Below, one piece after another: positions 39,644 through 52,158 of a DNA stretch of 64,000 nt (position 1 is its first letter; each line of letters starts with the position of its first letter). The position numbers and the translations under genes are program-made. Source of the stretch: Octopus vulgaris (Eukaryota); NCBI GenBank assembly GCA_951406725.2, contig OX597814.1, positions 157,356,001-157,420,000 on the forward strand. The letters are read 5' to 3'. The notes beneath the pieces were generated by a model, which was not told where the DNA came from, did not search any database, and saw nothing but the letters and a program-made list of their open reading frames with translations.

Positions 39644-41246
39644 TTCTCAAATCGTGCAAACGAGCCCTTGCAAAACCGCTACAGCTTCTTTTTCAGAGCT
39701 TTCTTGCAAGTGGTAAGCTCCCAGTCAAATTGAAAGAGGGGGTAATATGCCCTATCCATAAGGGAGGTAGCAGAGCAGATGCTAAAAATTATAGGCCTAT
39801 CTCTCTGACCTCACACATCAGCAAAGTCATGGAACGAATAGTCCGTAAGAAACTAATCATGTTCCTTGAAGAACATGACTTGCTGTCTGACACCCAGCAT
39901 GGATTTCGACCAGGTAAAGGCTGCCTAACACAGCTCCTGCAACACTATGACTGGGTGTTGAAACAGCTACTAAATGGCTCAAATGTGGATGTAATATATC
40001 TCGACTTTGCAAAAGCCTTTGATAAAGTCGACCATGATATGATCTGTCACAAACTGCGTGGTCTCGGCATAGGCGGGAAACTTGGAGAGTGGCTGCACAA
40101 CTTCCTAAAAGACAGAAAACAGGCAGTTGTGAGCAATGGAGCCACCTCCAAGGAAACGCAAATAACAAGCGGTGTCCCACAGGGCACTGTCTTGGGGCCA
40201 CTGATGTTCATAGTGGCCCTTTCAGACATGCCTTCAGTTGCTACGATGACCACCCTTGCTAGCTATGCAGATGACACAAAAGTCTCCCACGCAATACAAA
40301 ACCCTGAAAATATTGCGCATCTGCAACATGAGCTGGACACAATATACAGGTGGGCTGAGGACAACAACATGCAGTTTAATGCAGGTAAGTTCCAGGCCCT
40401 GCGCTATTGGCACACAAAGGTAAATGACGTGAAGACTGGATACACTGGCCCAGGAAGAATTGCAATCCCTGAGTCAAAATCAGTGCGTGACCTGGGCATT
40501 GACATGAGCAATGATGCATCTTTCCAAATGCATATTGCTAATCTGGTGATAAAATGCAGACGGCTAGCTGGATGGATTCTCCGAACTTTCAGAACAAGAG
40601 AGAAGGAGACACTGATGGTCCTATGGAAAACATTCGTCCTCAGCCGCTTGGACTACTGCTCCCAACTTTGGTCACCACACAATATAAAACAAACAGCAGA
40701 ACTCGAAGCAATTCAGAGAAGCTACACAAAGAAAATCGTCTCAATGCAAAATATCAGCTACTGGGAAAGACTGAAGGTATTAAACCTCTTCTCCCTAGAG
40801 CGGAGGCGGGAGAGATATGCAGTGATATACATCTGGAAAATCTTGGAGGGTCTTGCCATCCAAAGTTACTCCAACCGCAGAACGGGGCGCCGCTGCATGG
40901 TGCCAAGGATTCCAACATCACCATCAAAATACAGGTCCAGATACTGCAACAGCTTGGGTTTCAGAGGACCACAGCTCTTTAACATCCTCCCTAAATGCCT
41001 GAGAGACTTACATGGTGTGGATGTGGGTTTCTTTAAAACTAAACTGGATCTCTTCTTGTTGGGAGTCCCAGATGAACCTACCTCACGACAGGAGACGCGG
41101 ATGCAGGCAGCAGCATCGAACTCCCGTGTTGATCAAGTGCCACGTATCAGAGGTGGATTCACAAACTAGTGTAGCTCATTCAGCGGTGGTGCCCCAGCAT
41201 GGCCGCGGCCTTCGGGCTAAAACATTTTTAAGGATTTAAGGATTTA
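39644..41246 (+). mobile_element. CR1/L2-group LINE 3' portion with an open 479-aa RT frame
   Basis: ORF 39730-41169: [52 protein letters not shown]. Tail TTTAAGGATTTAAGGATTTA. Confidence 0.93.
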
Positions 41247-41657
41247 TACCCTTTAGTCTCTTATCCGTGATAGTTATATTTCCTTGTGCCCTTCCACCTT
41301 CCATTTCTCTTTGAAATCCCTTAACAGTCAGATTTCTGCCCAGAATTTTCTTGCTGTTGAAGCATCTGGCATATCGTTTCCCTGATATACTTTTCCTTTG
41401 TTCAGTTGTTTATAGAATGTACTTCCATTGTTCTTGAAGAGCCTATTCTTTTGTCACTGATGTGTTCTCTGTTGGCATCTATAATTTTTTCTCTTTCCCA
41501 GCTTTGGTTTCTTTGTTCTCGTTCTCTGTTTGCTGTTCCTTATGACTTTTGCTGATTCTTCGCCGTACGTTCCTGAGCCTTTCCTTCAACCTCTCCTTTT
41601 TGTCGTTGCATTTATCCATCCAAAAACTCTTTTGAGCTGCACAATTTGATTCTCAAG
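41247..41657 (-). mobile_element. R4/Dong-type LINE fragment, pre-RT region
   Basis: Minus strand QKNRLFKNNGSTFYKQLN..PDASTARKFWAEI. Confidence 0.6.
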
Positions 41658-42366
41658 CCTTCTTCTTCTTCTTCTTCTTCTTCTTCTTCTTCTTCTTCTT
41701 CTTCTTCTTCTTCTTCTTCTTCTTCTTCTTTTTCTTCTTCTTCTTTTTCTTCTCCTTCTCCTTCTTCTTCTTCTTCTCCTTCTTCTTCTTTCTCTTCTTC
41801 TTTTTCTTCTTCTTCTTCTTCTTCTTCTTCTCCTTCTTCTTCTTTCTCTTCTTCTTTTTCTACTTCTTTTTTTCTTCTTCTTCTTCTTCTTCTTCTTCTT
41901 CTCCTTCTTCTTCTTCTTCTTCTTCTCCTTCTTCGTCGTCTTCTTCTTCTTCCTCTTCTTCTTCTTTCTCTTCTTCTTTTTCTACTTCTTTTTTTCTTCT
42001 TCTTCTTCTTCTTCTTCTTCTTCTTCTCCTTCTTCTTCTTCTTCTTCTTCTTCTTCTTCTTCTCCTTCTTCCTCGTCTTCTTCTTCTTCCTCTTCTTCTT
42101 CTTTCTCTTCTTCTTTTTCTACTTCTTTTTTCTTCTTCTTCTTCTTCTTCTTCTTCTTCTTCTCCTTCTTCTTCTTCTTCTTCTTCTTCTTCTCCTTCTT
42201 CGTCGTCTTCTTCTTCTTCCTCTTCTTCTTCTTTCTCTTCTTCTTTTTCTACTTCTTTTTTTTTCTTCTTCTTCTTCTTCTTCTTCTTCTTCTTCTTCTT
42301 CTCCTTCTTCTTCTTCTTCTCCTTCTTCGTCTTCTTCTTCTTCTTCTTCTTCTTCTTCTTCTTCTT

Positions 42367-42417
<51 letters not shown>

Positions 42418-42443
42418 GTACTACTACTTTATTATTGTCATTA

Positions 42444-42481
<38 letters not shown>
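41658..42481. repeat. (CTT)n array grading into (CTA)n and (ATT)n
   Basis: Directly visible. Variant blocks recur within the array. Confidence 0.97.
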
Positions 42482-43020
42482 GAGTGAGAGAGCAGTGCAT
42501 GCCATCAAAGTGTCACTGATGTAAAATATACGAAGCCCAGTATACCCATCATGACTTCCCGTCTGATACACTAGGCACATGCATCACAACCACATGTGCG
42601 CGACATGGTGATCTCATATGAAGATAAACAGCGCATGACCTTGCAGGCGTGGCCCAATTAGAATTTTCTTCAGGTCGAGTAGGCCATCCCGCTCAAAAGG
42701 TCCCTGAATAAGGATTGTTTAAGGATGTTGAACGAACCACCCATGTTTCCAAAGGTGAATTATCCAAACCTCTAAGAATTCCTTTCAACACACGGTGATG
42801 ATGCTCCCCCACTACTTCTGCTCGTGATCAGCGATGCACATATCATCATCCAGTAAGGGACATGGTCAACTGGTTAAGGTAAAAAAACTGACAAGCAAAT
42901 CTTTGGTAGTGAGCAGAATATTTGCTGTAGCCCAAGGCAAAACAAGGTACATGATGACACTTCCAATCAGTTAGGATCAGGAGCCATGAGAGCCACTGTC
43001 TGGTACTGCATCAGGGCGTT
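42482..43020 (-). mobile_element. Non-coding ~540 bp repeat embedded in (TAA)n; partial copies at 43058-43128 and 48680-48785
   Basis: Both ends abut ATT/AAT arrays. End segments GAGTGAGAGAGCAGTGCATGCCATCAAAGTG and GGTACTGCATCAGGGC recur in the window. Confidence 0.65.
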
Positions 43021-43128
43021 TATTATTATTATTATTAGTAGTAATAGTAGTAGTATTGAGTGAGAGAGCAGTGCATGCCATCAAAGTGACACTGGGGTAA
43101 AATATACAAAGCTCAGTATACCCATCAT

Positions 43129-43402
43129 GAACTGGAACTACTATAATGATAAGTGTGCTTTGCCATGAGGCAAAGAAAGTTAGTTAAAAATATTCCCTTC
43201 TTCCTTTTTTGTTTTTGTTTGTCTTCTCAAAATATTACTATCTAGCTAGATTTATATTGAACTGGAACTACTATAATGATAAGTGTGCTTTGCCATGAGG
43301 CAAAGAAAGTTAGTTAAAAATATTCCCTTCTTCCTTTTTTGTTTTTGTTTGTCTTCTCAAAATATTACTATCTAGCTAGATTTATATTGAACTGGAACTA
43401 CT
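43129..43402. repeat. Apparently perfect ~130 bp tandem duplication
   Basis: GAACTGGAACTACTATAATGATAAG...TAGATTTATATT occurs twice. Confidence 0.9.
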
Positions 43403-43429
43403 GTAATGAAAAGACATATTTGCTGATGA

Positions 43430-43860
43430 GGTCGATTTACTGGGACTTCAACATTGAGACTGACAAAATAATAGAAGCTAGAATGCTTGATTTGGTAATA
43501 GTTAAATGGAATAGAATGTGCCAGATAATTGACGTTACAGTACCAAATGATGAAAACATTAATAGGAAAAGTATAGAAAAAATAGCAACGTACCAGGCCC
43601 TAGCTATCGAATTACAGAGACTATGGAAAGTGGGGGTAAAATGTATCGCTGTAGTTATAGGTACACTGGGAACTATCACTAAGGATCTGAAAGGATGGAT
43701 AAAGGAAACAAGCTTAAAATTCAGGTTAGTACAGTTCAAGAAAACATTGTTATAAGGGACATCTAGGATCCTAAGGAAGGTTCTTGGAATCTAAGGTTAC
43801 TTTTTGTAGCCCGACATTAGGATTTTTTTCCAACAGTCAAATCTGTTGAGTGTATATGAA
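43430..43860 (+). mobile_element. R4/Dong-type LINE 3' fragment (RLE endonuclease)
   Basis: WDFNIETDKIIEAR..DLV..IIDVTVP..EKIATY..VVIGTLG; followed by (AAT)n. Confidence 0.85.
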
Positions 43861-43899
<39 letters not shown>

Positions 43900-43949
43900 G
43901 ATAAGAAGATGGGGGAGGAGGAGGAGGAGGAGGAAGAGGAGGAGAAAAA

Positions 43950-45005
43950 TCTTCTATGGAAAGTATTAACAAGTACCCGCACAAGAAGAATATATACGTT
44001 CCTTGCTGAAAACAATCTTCTGTCAGTAAAAGAAGAGGGATGCCGAAAAGGATCCAAGGGCACCAAGGACCACCTTCTGATAGGCAAGGTTATAATGAAG
44101 AAGTGTAAAAGGTACAAAAAAATACTTGTGTATGGCCTGGATAGACTTCAAAATGGCCTACGACATGTTGATGCATTCATAGATTTTGTAAACACTCGAT
44201 ATGTGTGGAATAGTTGAGAACGTTTGTGTGCTTATTAAAAACAGCATGCCTAGTTGGTAAACGCGTCTTTCCTGTAACAACCAGCACTTAGCCGCGGTAA
44301 CAATCAAAAGAGATATCTTCCAAGAACACTCTTGTTCACCTCAGTTATTTGTTATAGCCATGATCCCATTTTCTGTAGTCCTATGTAAAATCAACGTGCA
44401 CTATGACTGACCTGAGCAAGAACGCACCTCGTCTCAACCACCTTCACTTCACGGATGATTTAAAATTGTTCGCAAAAACAGAGCCTGAAATTGAGAGGCT
44501 GATTGAGACTGCACAGATGTGCAGCAACGATATAGGCATGGAATTCGGTATCTCGAAATGTGCAGTGCTTACTTTGAAGCGGGGTAAATGATTAAATTGT
44601 AGGGGGATAGAATTACCAAACGGAAAGAGAATGGAAGATTCGGATGATGATGGGTAGAAGTACCTCGGGAGCGTGGCGCTGGACAGTATCTTGCACAGGG
44701 AAATGAAAGACAAAGTCATCACTGCATATTTCAAGCGCCTGAAACTTCTCTTGAAATCAAACCTTAACTCAAGGAACCTTATGATTGCCATCAACATAGG
44801 ACTGTTGCTGTAGTCCGCTAAAGTGCACTCATCCGGAGAAAGACACAACCGGAGATTAAATTCGACATTACTTAGAATTGCACGCATATTGCGTAAAGTA
44901 CTGTCTGTCTTGGGTATTTGTTGTGACTTGGCAAGCAGTAGAAACCCCTGGTAGATAAAATATCTTCAATCAACAGCCTCATGATATTGTATACTGTACG
45001 ACGTC
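43950..45005 (+). mobile_element. R4/Dong-type LINE RT fragment joined to a 3' end
   Basis: GCRKGSKGTKDHLLI, LNHLHFTDDLKLF, IGMEFGISKC, ARILRKVLS; followed by (TAA)n. Confidence 0.85.
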
Positions 45006-45057
<52 letters not shown>

Positions 45058-45093
45058 GTAGTAGTAGTGGTAGTAGTGGTAGTAGTAGTAGTA

Positions 45094-45162
<69 letters not shown>

Positions 45163-45164
<2 letters not shown>

Positions 45165-45645
45165 CACAGCAAACGAGAAAGCAACCATACTCTGGGATAT
45201 GCCAATACACACAGTTAGAGAAATTAAGGCCAATAGGCCAGATATAGATGTCAGAGATCATGAAGGAAAAAATGCTTTCTAATTGATGTACCAATATCAG
45301 TAGATTACAACGTTTCTCTAAAAGAAAGGGAGAAACTTTCAAAATGCAAAAATCTGGAAATAGAAGTAACTCGAATGTGAAATCTAAAAACAGAAACAAT
45401 TCCTATCATAGTGGGCGCATTAGGTACGATAAAAAAATATTCAGACAAATACATAACAAAAACACCAGGACATACAAATATATATAACGTACAGAACATT
45501 GCACTACTGGGCACTGCACACATCCTACGCCAAACACTTTCAATACATTAATCATAAGAGCATCACAGGAAACCATTGCACATACCCAAGGCACATTGAG
45601 CTGCGCTCGGTAGTGAAATGAAAGCACGTTATAAAAATAAAAATA

Positions 45646-45650
<5 letters not shown>
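45163..45650 (+). mobile_element. R4/Dong-type LINE 3' fragment
   Basis: ILWDMPIHT..ANRPDI, IPIIVGALG, ALLGTAHILR; (AAT)n tail; inverted copy at 48992-49480. Confidence 0.88.
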
Positions 45651-45744
<94 letters not shown>

Positions 45745-45924
45745 CACAACAAAATGAAACCATTGATCAAGGCAACAAAATAAATCCAGTTATCGAAAAA
45801 ACATAGTGAAACCATTGATCAAAAAACAAAATGAGGCCATTGATCAAAACAACAAAGTGAATCCATTTCTCAAAGCAACAACATAAAACTATTGATGAAA
45901 ACAACAAATCGAAACCATTGATCA
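45745..45924. repeat. Degenerate ~21-22 bp minisatellite
   Basis: Recurrent AACAAAATGAAACCATTGATCAA-like units. Confidence 0.7.
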
Positions 45925-46575
45925 CGTTGTGTCTATATGCGCCTACAGAGTATCTCAATAGGCATGATAGAGCAGTACGATATATTCAATGGCTAATCTG
46001 CAAAAATCTGGACCTACCCCATGATAAAAACTGGTGGGAACACAAACCACCTCTAGTGCTTGAAAATGACCACATCTCACTCCTCTGGAACTTCACCATT
46101 CAAACTGACAGAAATATAGATGCAAATAGGTCAGACATCATATTGAAAGACTTCAGACAAAGAACATGCCTCCTCATTATTATGACTGTCCCAATCGATA
46201 TAAACGTATCTGTGAAGACCTACTGAAAACTAAAACAATACCTGTTGTCATAGGTGCCCTGGGAATGATAGCGAAAGGGGCTGATTGCTACCTAACTGAG
46301 ATACCAGGAAACCCCAAAATGGGAGAAATTCAAATGATAGTGCTCATGAGTACTGCTCATATCCTACGCAAAATACTTTCTATGTAACCTCAGGGTTTAA
46401 AACAAACATAATTTTCGGGTTTTTTTAGACATTCACTAGTACAACATCAAAAAACAAAAAAAACAAAAAACAAATATATGGCACACTAGGCATAACAACA
46501 TTAACTTCCAAACTGTTGTCTCTTGAGGTCTCTTGGAGCCAACTTGTACAAATATAAAGCAAAAGTCAAATAAAT
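45925..46575 (+). mobile_element. R4/Dong-type LINE 3' fragment, another family
   Basis: EYLNRHDR..LLWNFTIQTDR..ANRSDI, IPVVIGALG, TAHILRKILS; (AAT)n tail. Confidence 0.85.
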
Positions 46576-46579
46576 AATG

Positions 46580-46625
<46 letters not shown>

Positions 46626-46654
46626 TAATAATAATAATAATAATAATAACAACA

Positions 46655-47140
46655 ACAAAAAAACTCATACTAAAAACTCAGCTCAACTCCAAAACTTCCA
46701 TTGAAGCCAATAACATCCTGGCACTTCCAGTAGTCCAGTGCAATTTTAGCATCATTAACTGGAATGTTACAGAACTCCAACGACTGGACAGTAAGAAAAG
46801 GAAACTCCAAACATCTAAGAATATGCGCCACCTGGAAGCAGACGTTGATCGTCTGTCCCTACCTAGAAGAAATGGGGGAAGAGAAATGATGCAGGTAGAA
46901 CTGTGCTATAAGTCCTCCACAACAGCAATGAACAAGTACTTACCAAGTATAGAGGACTGGATACTGCGGATAGCGTGCGTATACGAAAGCAGCAAAAAAA
47001 TCACATTCTATTGTCGAAGCTTGCAAATTTTCAAATTCGAATTAATCCTGAATTGGGTGAAGAACTTGGAACCACCGCTACCAAACAAGCAAAATGGATC
47101 ACACATACTGCAAAAAAGAACGGGTGGAAACAAATTTAGG
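46655..47140 (+). mobile_element. R4/Dong-type LINE post-RT fragment
   Basis: ILKTQLNSK..LALPVV..INW..LDSKKRK..ADVDRLSLPRRNGGR. Confidence 0.8.
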
Positions 47141-47144
47141 AGCA

Positions 47145-47734
47145 GTGGCGCATTATTCACTCTCTTTGGATATTTGCCATTGAGAGGTTTTTCTTGCCAT
47201 TTATCATTCAGGATATCTAAGGCAGCTGTTTTAGCACGGGTTTTCATGCGCCTAGCTTTTTCTGTGCTTGTTTCTTGTGTGTCTAATTCCAGAATTTGTT
47301 GTATTTGTTGTATTCGGAATTCACTTAGATATTCCTTTGCCTGTTTTGTTACTGAGTATGATGCTTTCTTGTTTTCATGTTTTGAGACAAGTTTTAAAAT
47401 CCAGTCCTCAGAGCTTTTCAGGTAGGTGTCTAGGCCAATTTTAGCAACCTTCATTGTTATTGCCAGTTGTAAAAGCCCACAGCCTCCCTCTTTTCTTGGT
47501 AGATAAAGTCGATTTATATCTGCCTTATGGTGGTGCATTCTATGCATTGTCAACAGTTTTCGTATTTTTCTGTCAAGGTTACATATTTCAGTAATTGACC
47601 AGTTAACGGTATTGAAACTGTAAGTCACGACTGGTATGGCTAAAGCATTGATCGCTTCGATACTGTTTCTTGCATTGAGCTCTGTCTTGAATATTGCTCT
47701 TACTCTGCGATAACATTCGCTCCTGATCCTTTCC

Positions 47735-47735
<1 letters not shown>
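47145..47735 (-). mobile_element. R4/Dong-type LINE post-RT fragment, antisense
   Basis: YSFNTVNW..LDRKIRKLLTMHRMHHHKADINRLYLPRKEGGCGL..WQEKPLNGKY. Confidence 0.85.
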
Positions 47736-48288
<553 letters not shown>

Positions 48289-48319
48289 CGATAACCTCCG
48301 TCTTCTGCACTACATCGTA

Positions 48320-48680
48320 GAGAGGGTGGGTAACTATTCCATAGTGTTGGCATAGCTTCCAGTGTATGTAGGTCTCTGTCGTGTCTGTGAATATATTCCT
48401 TCTTAGCCAGGACTGGACAGCCAGAGACAATATGATTTATTGTTTCTTGTCCATCTCTAGATATTTTCTCTCTTTTCCTTATATGTTTTTGGTAATTTCT
48501 GGCGAGAAGGCTTTGGTCTTGTGTTGCAATTAAAAATCATTCAGTCGCTGCTTTGAGTCCTGGGCTTCTCAGCAATTGCTGGGATTTTGCTTTGTCTATT
48601 CATTTTGCGTTTAATTTAACCCAGTATTTGCCATGAACGGGCTTTTCTTGCACTCGTTTTATCATGATCCGTTTTGCTGC
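48320..48680 (-). mobile_element. R4/Dong-type LINE zinc-finger region fragment
   Basis: ETINHIVSGCPVLAKKEYIHRHDR..YIHWKLCQHYGI; matches 49520-49650. Confidence 0.8.
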
Positions 48681-48910
48681 TAACCATCTTTTATACCAAG
48701 ACAAATCGATGTACATTATAACACTTCCAACACGTTAAGATCAGAAGCCATACGAGTAACTGATTGGTACTGCATCTGGGCATTTAATATTATTATTATT
48801 ATTGTTGTTGTGGTTGTTGTTTGTTGTTGTTCTTGTTGTCGTCGTTGTTGTTGTTGTCGTCGTCATCGTCATTTCCTTCACCTCCTCCTCCTCCTCATCA
48901 TCATCATCAC

Positions 48911-48991
<81 letters not shown>

Positions 48992-48995
<4 letters not shown>

Positions 48996-49670
48996 TAGTT
49001 TTATTTTTATAGCGTGCTTTCACTTCACTACCGAGCGCAGCTCTGTGTGCCTTGGGTATGTGCTGTGATTTGTTGTGATGCTCTGATGGTTATTGTATGG
49101 AAAGTGTTCTGCGTAGGATGTGTGCGGTGCCTAGTAGTGCAATTTTGTGTATGTTATATGTGTTTGTAAGTCCTGGTGTTTTTGTTATGTATTTGTCTGA
49201 ATATTTTTTTATCATGCCTAATGCACCTACTATGATAGGAATTGTTTCTGTTTTCAGGTTCCACATTCTAGTTACCTCTATTTCCAGGTCTTTGTATTTT
49301 GAGAGTTTCTCCATTTCTTTTAGAGACACGTTGTCATCTGCCGGTATTGATACATCAATTAGAAAGCATTTTTTTCTTCATGATCTCTGACAACTATATC
49401 TGGTCTGTTGGCCTTAATTTCTCTATCTGTGTGTATCGGCATATCCCAGAGTATGGTTGCTTTCCCGTTTTCTGTGACCTTTTCTGGTGTGTGCCTATAC
49501 CATCTTTTTTCTGTTGTTATTCCATAATGTTGGCATAGCTTCCAATGTATGTAGGTTCCAACTCTGTCATGTCTGTGAATATATTCCTTCTTAGCCAGGA
49601 CTGGGCAGCTAGAGATAATATGATTTATTGTTTCTTGTCCATCTCCACATATTCCGCACATATTATCTCC
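48992..49670 (-). mobile_element. R4/Dong-type LINE 3' fragment (CCHC finger plus RLE)
   Basis: CGICGDGQETINHIISSC..RHD..WD..NRPDI..EKLSKY..GALG; (TAA)n on both sides. Confidence 0.92.
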
Positions 49671-49673
49671 ACA

Positions 49674-49743
<70 letters not shown>

Positions 49744-50789
49744 GTTATTATTATTATTATTCAAACGCTATTATTTGCTAATTTAATTAGCAGGGATATT
49801 TTCATAAGTTTTATCAAAATTCAAGACTCTCGAAGTATTCTTTTAGAATACATGTTTCTGTTGATCGCACTGTGTCTAAATTCCTATATCTTTCTCTGTG
49901 TTAATTAGTTGTTTGAATGTTGTGTCCAATGCATCAATTTTCAAAGGAACAATTATCATCTCTTAGTTCTACAATCACTTCATCTCTCTGGTCTTCATTA
50001 GGTCTTCATATTCACACATTTATCAGTTTCCGTGATATCCACTCTAATGAAAATACACAAGGCAAGCGAATATAATGACATTGTGTGGAATCTTAATTCA
50101 GTAATTAAAGAATTGTAAAAAAAATTACAAAATGATTTTTCCGAAGCTCTGCTCATTCTTCCCCATCCCGCTTTCTCATAATAAAAGCTGATACCAGCTG
50201 AAAGATATAACCACCAGTTTTTGACGTTTCACTGTTATCAGACCAGCCGTTATGAAATTACCGTCCATTGTTTATGATAATGTATAGTGTGATTTGTGGG
50301 AAATATAGCTGCTATATTATATCTAGCAATTTGAATGATTGAATAGAGATACTGTTGTTACAACACTTCGTGAGTTATATTAATAACTGGCGGAATATAT
50401 TTTGCATATATATTTAAAAGAAGGGTGGAATTCAAAACAGTTTTATCTGCATTTGAGTTATCGGATCTAAGTGACTTAGATGACATTGCTATTGCAGTTA
50501 GAAAGGCTAGGAATGGAGATGAATTAACCCTTGTGAAACACTTCAGTCAACAGTTAAAAATTCCTTAAAATCCAGTCGTCTTGTATGCAACGACGAACGA
50601 TTTGTTAAGAATCTCTCAATCAATGTGATTAGTGGGAGGTTGAAGTTTTTAAATGATTATTCCTTTACTGGAATTATATCAATCAGCTATAGTTAGAAAT
50701 TATTCAAGACATCAAAGCTATAATACTGCATCATTAAAGCTTAGCGAAGCAAACTTTTTAACTTACATATTTCTTTTGTCTTCCTCAAG

Positions 50790-50969
50790 CTCAATGTCCG
50801 ACGTCAGACGGCTACACTTACCAACCAGAATTGAGATTGTGTTATCAAATAGGCTCCACGACAATTTCATGGAATGAAGCTGCAGACAATTGCAATAAGG
50901 ATCGAGGACGACTTATTCATATTAAAAATTCAGAAATAATGAACTATCTAAAATCAGTAGTATTAAATT
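50790..50969 (+). CDS. C-type lectin domain protein, copy 2, exon A
   Basis: AG|CT CAA TGT... reads QCPTSDGYTYQPELRLCYQIGSTTISWNEAADNCNKDRGRLIHIKNSEIMNYLKSVVLN, then T|GTGAGT. 180 nt, phase 1/1. Confidence 0.88.
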
Positions 50970-51136
50970 GTGAGTAGCATTTTACTATTTTATACACATA
51001 TTCATTCACACACAACACGCTCTCTCTCTTTCTCTATCTCTCATTCTCTGTCTGTCTGTCTTTCTCTCTCTCAATCTCACGCACATACACGCGCAACACA
51101 CACACGAATCACACACACACGCACAAACAAACATAC

Positions 51137-52075
51137 ATATATATATATATATAAAATTAGAAAAAAAACACCTTTTATCAATTCAAAAAGGAACAACTAA
51201 ATTACAGCATCTAGAGAATTACATATAATAGAAAAATGGTAATAAAAACTTATATAATAGGAGGAAATCGTAAATTATGGGCTAGGAAATATACTGGAAT
51301 TTTTTTTGATATACCTATGGGGGCACCAGATTCTGCTCAGATTACTGATTTAGTAGGTATATATTTATTATCAGAACTTCAATTAGAAAATTTAAATGTG
51401 GATGGTAGTTTATATAGAGATGACCTTTTATTACTTACCAGGAATTGTACTAATAGAAAATTAGAATAATATAGAAAGAAACAATATAATTTCTTTAAAA
51501 GAAAAGGTTTAAGTATTACTATATATAATGAGAACTATAATGTTAATTATTTGGATGTTAACTTTAATTTAATAACGGGTAAAACCCAACCATTCCATAC
51601 AATTAATGAAAATCTTAGATATATTAATGCTTATAGTAATCATCCACCTCCTGTTAAAAAATCATTGATAAATAATGTAGGTAAAAGAATATCGTTACTT
51701 TCTGATGATTTAGAGACTTTTAATATACAGGCACCTTATTATAATAAAGCCCTGAATGAGGCTGGATACAATAATAATATTAAATACTTTAACATTTGTA
51801 AACGTAATTATAATTTAAAAGATAATTTTTTATTGACTTTTATAATGATAAACCTAATTGTCTGTGTTATGATAAATTTTATTTAGGAACTCATCGCCTT
51901 AATAATAAGAATTTTGATGATGGAAATCTTAAATTTATATTAGAATAAAAAATAAAAAGTATACTGATAAAAATAAAACTAAAAATATAAATAAAAATAA
52001 ATTTAATTTAATTCAGTTAATGAAGATAATAAATTTAATAATATGGTAAATAATTATAGTAATAATGATGATATT

Positions 52076-52158
<83 letters not shown>

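Noticed and set aside
42960-43020. Ribozyme at the 5' end of the TAA-embedded element (CCCTGATGCAG...)
   Set aside because: The core is CUGAUGC without a proper GAAA and stem III, and I could not build an HDV-like pseudoknot by eye.
43129-43402. Functional significance of the perfect ~130 bp tandem duplication
   Set aside because: No motif or ORF. Could be an assembly overlap artefact or a recent slippage.
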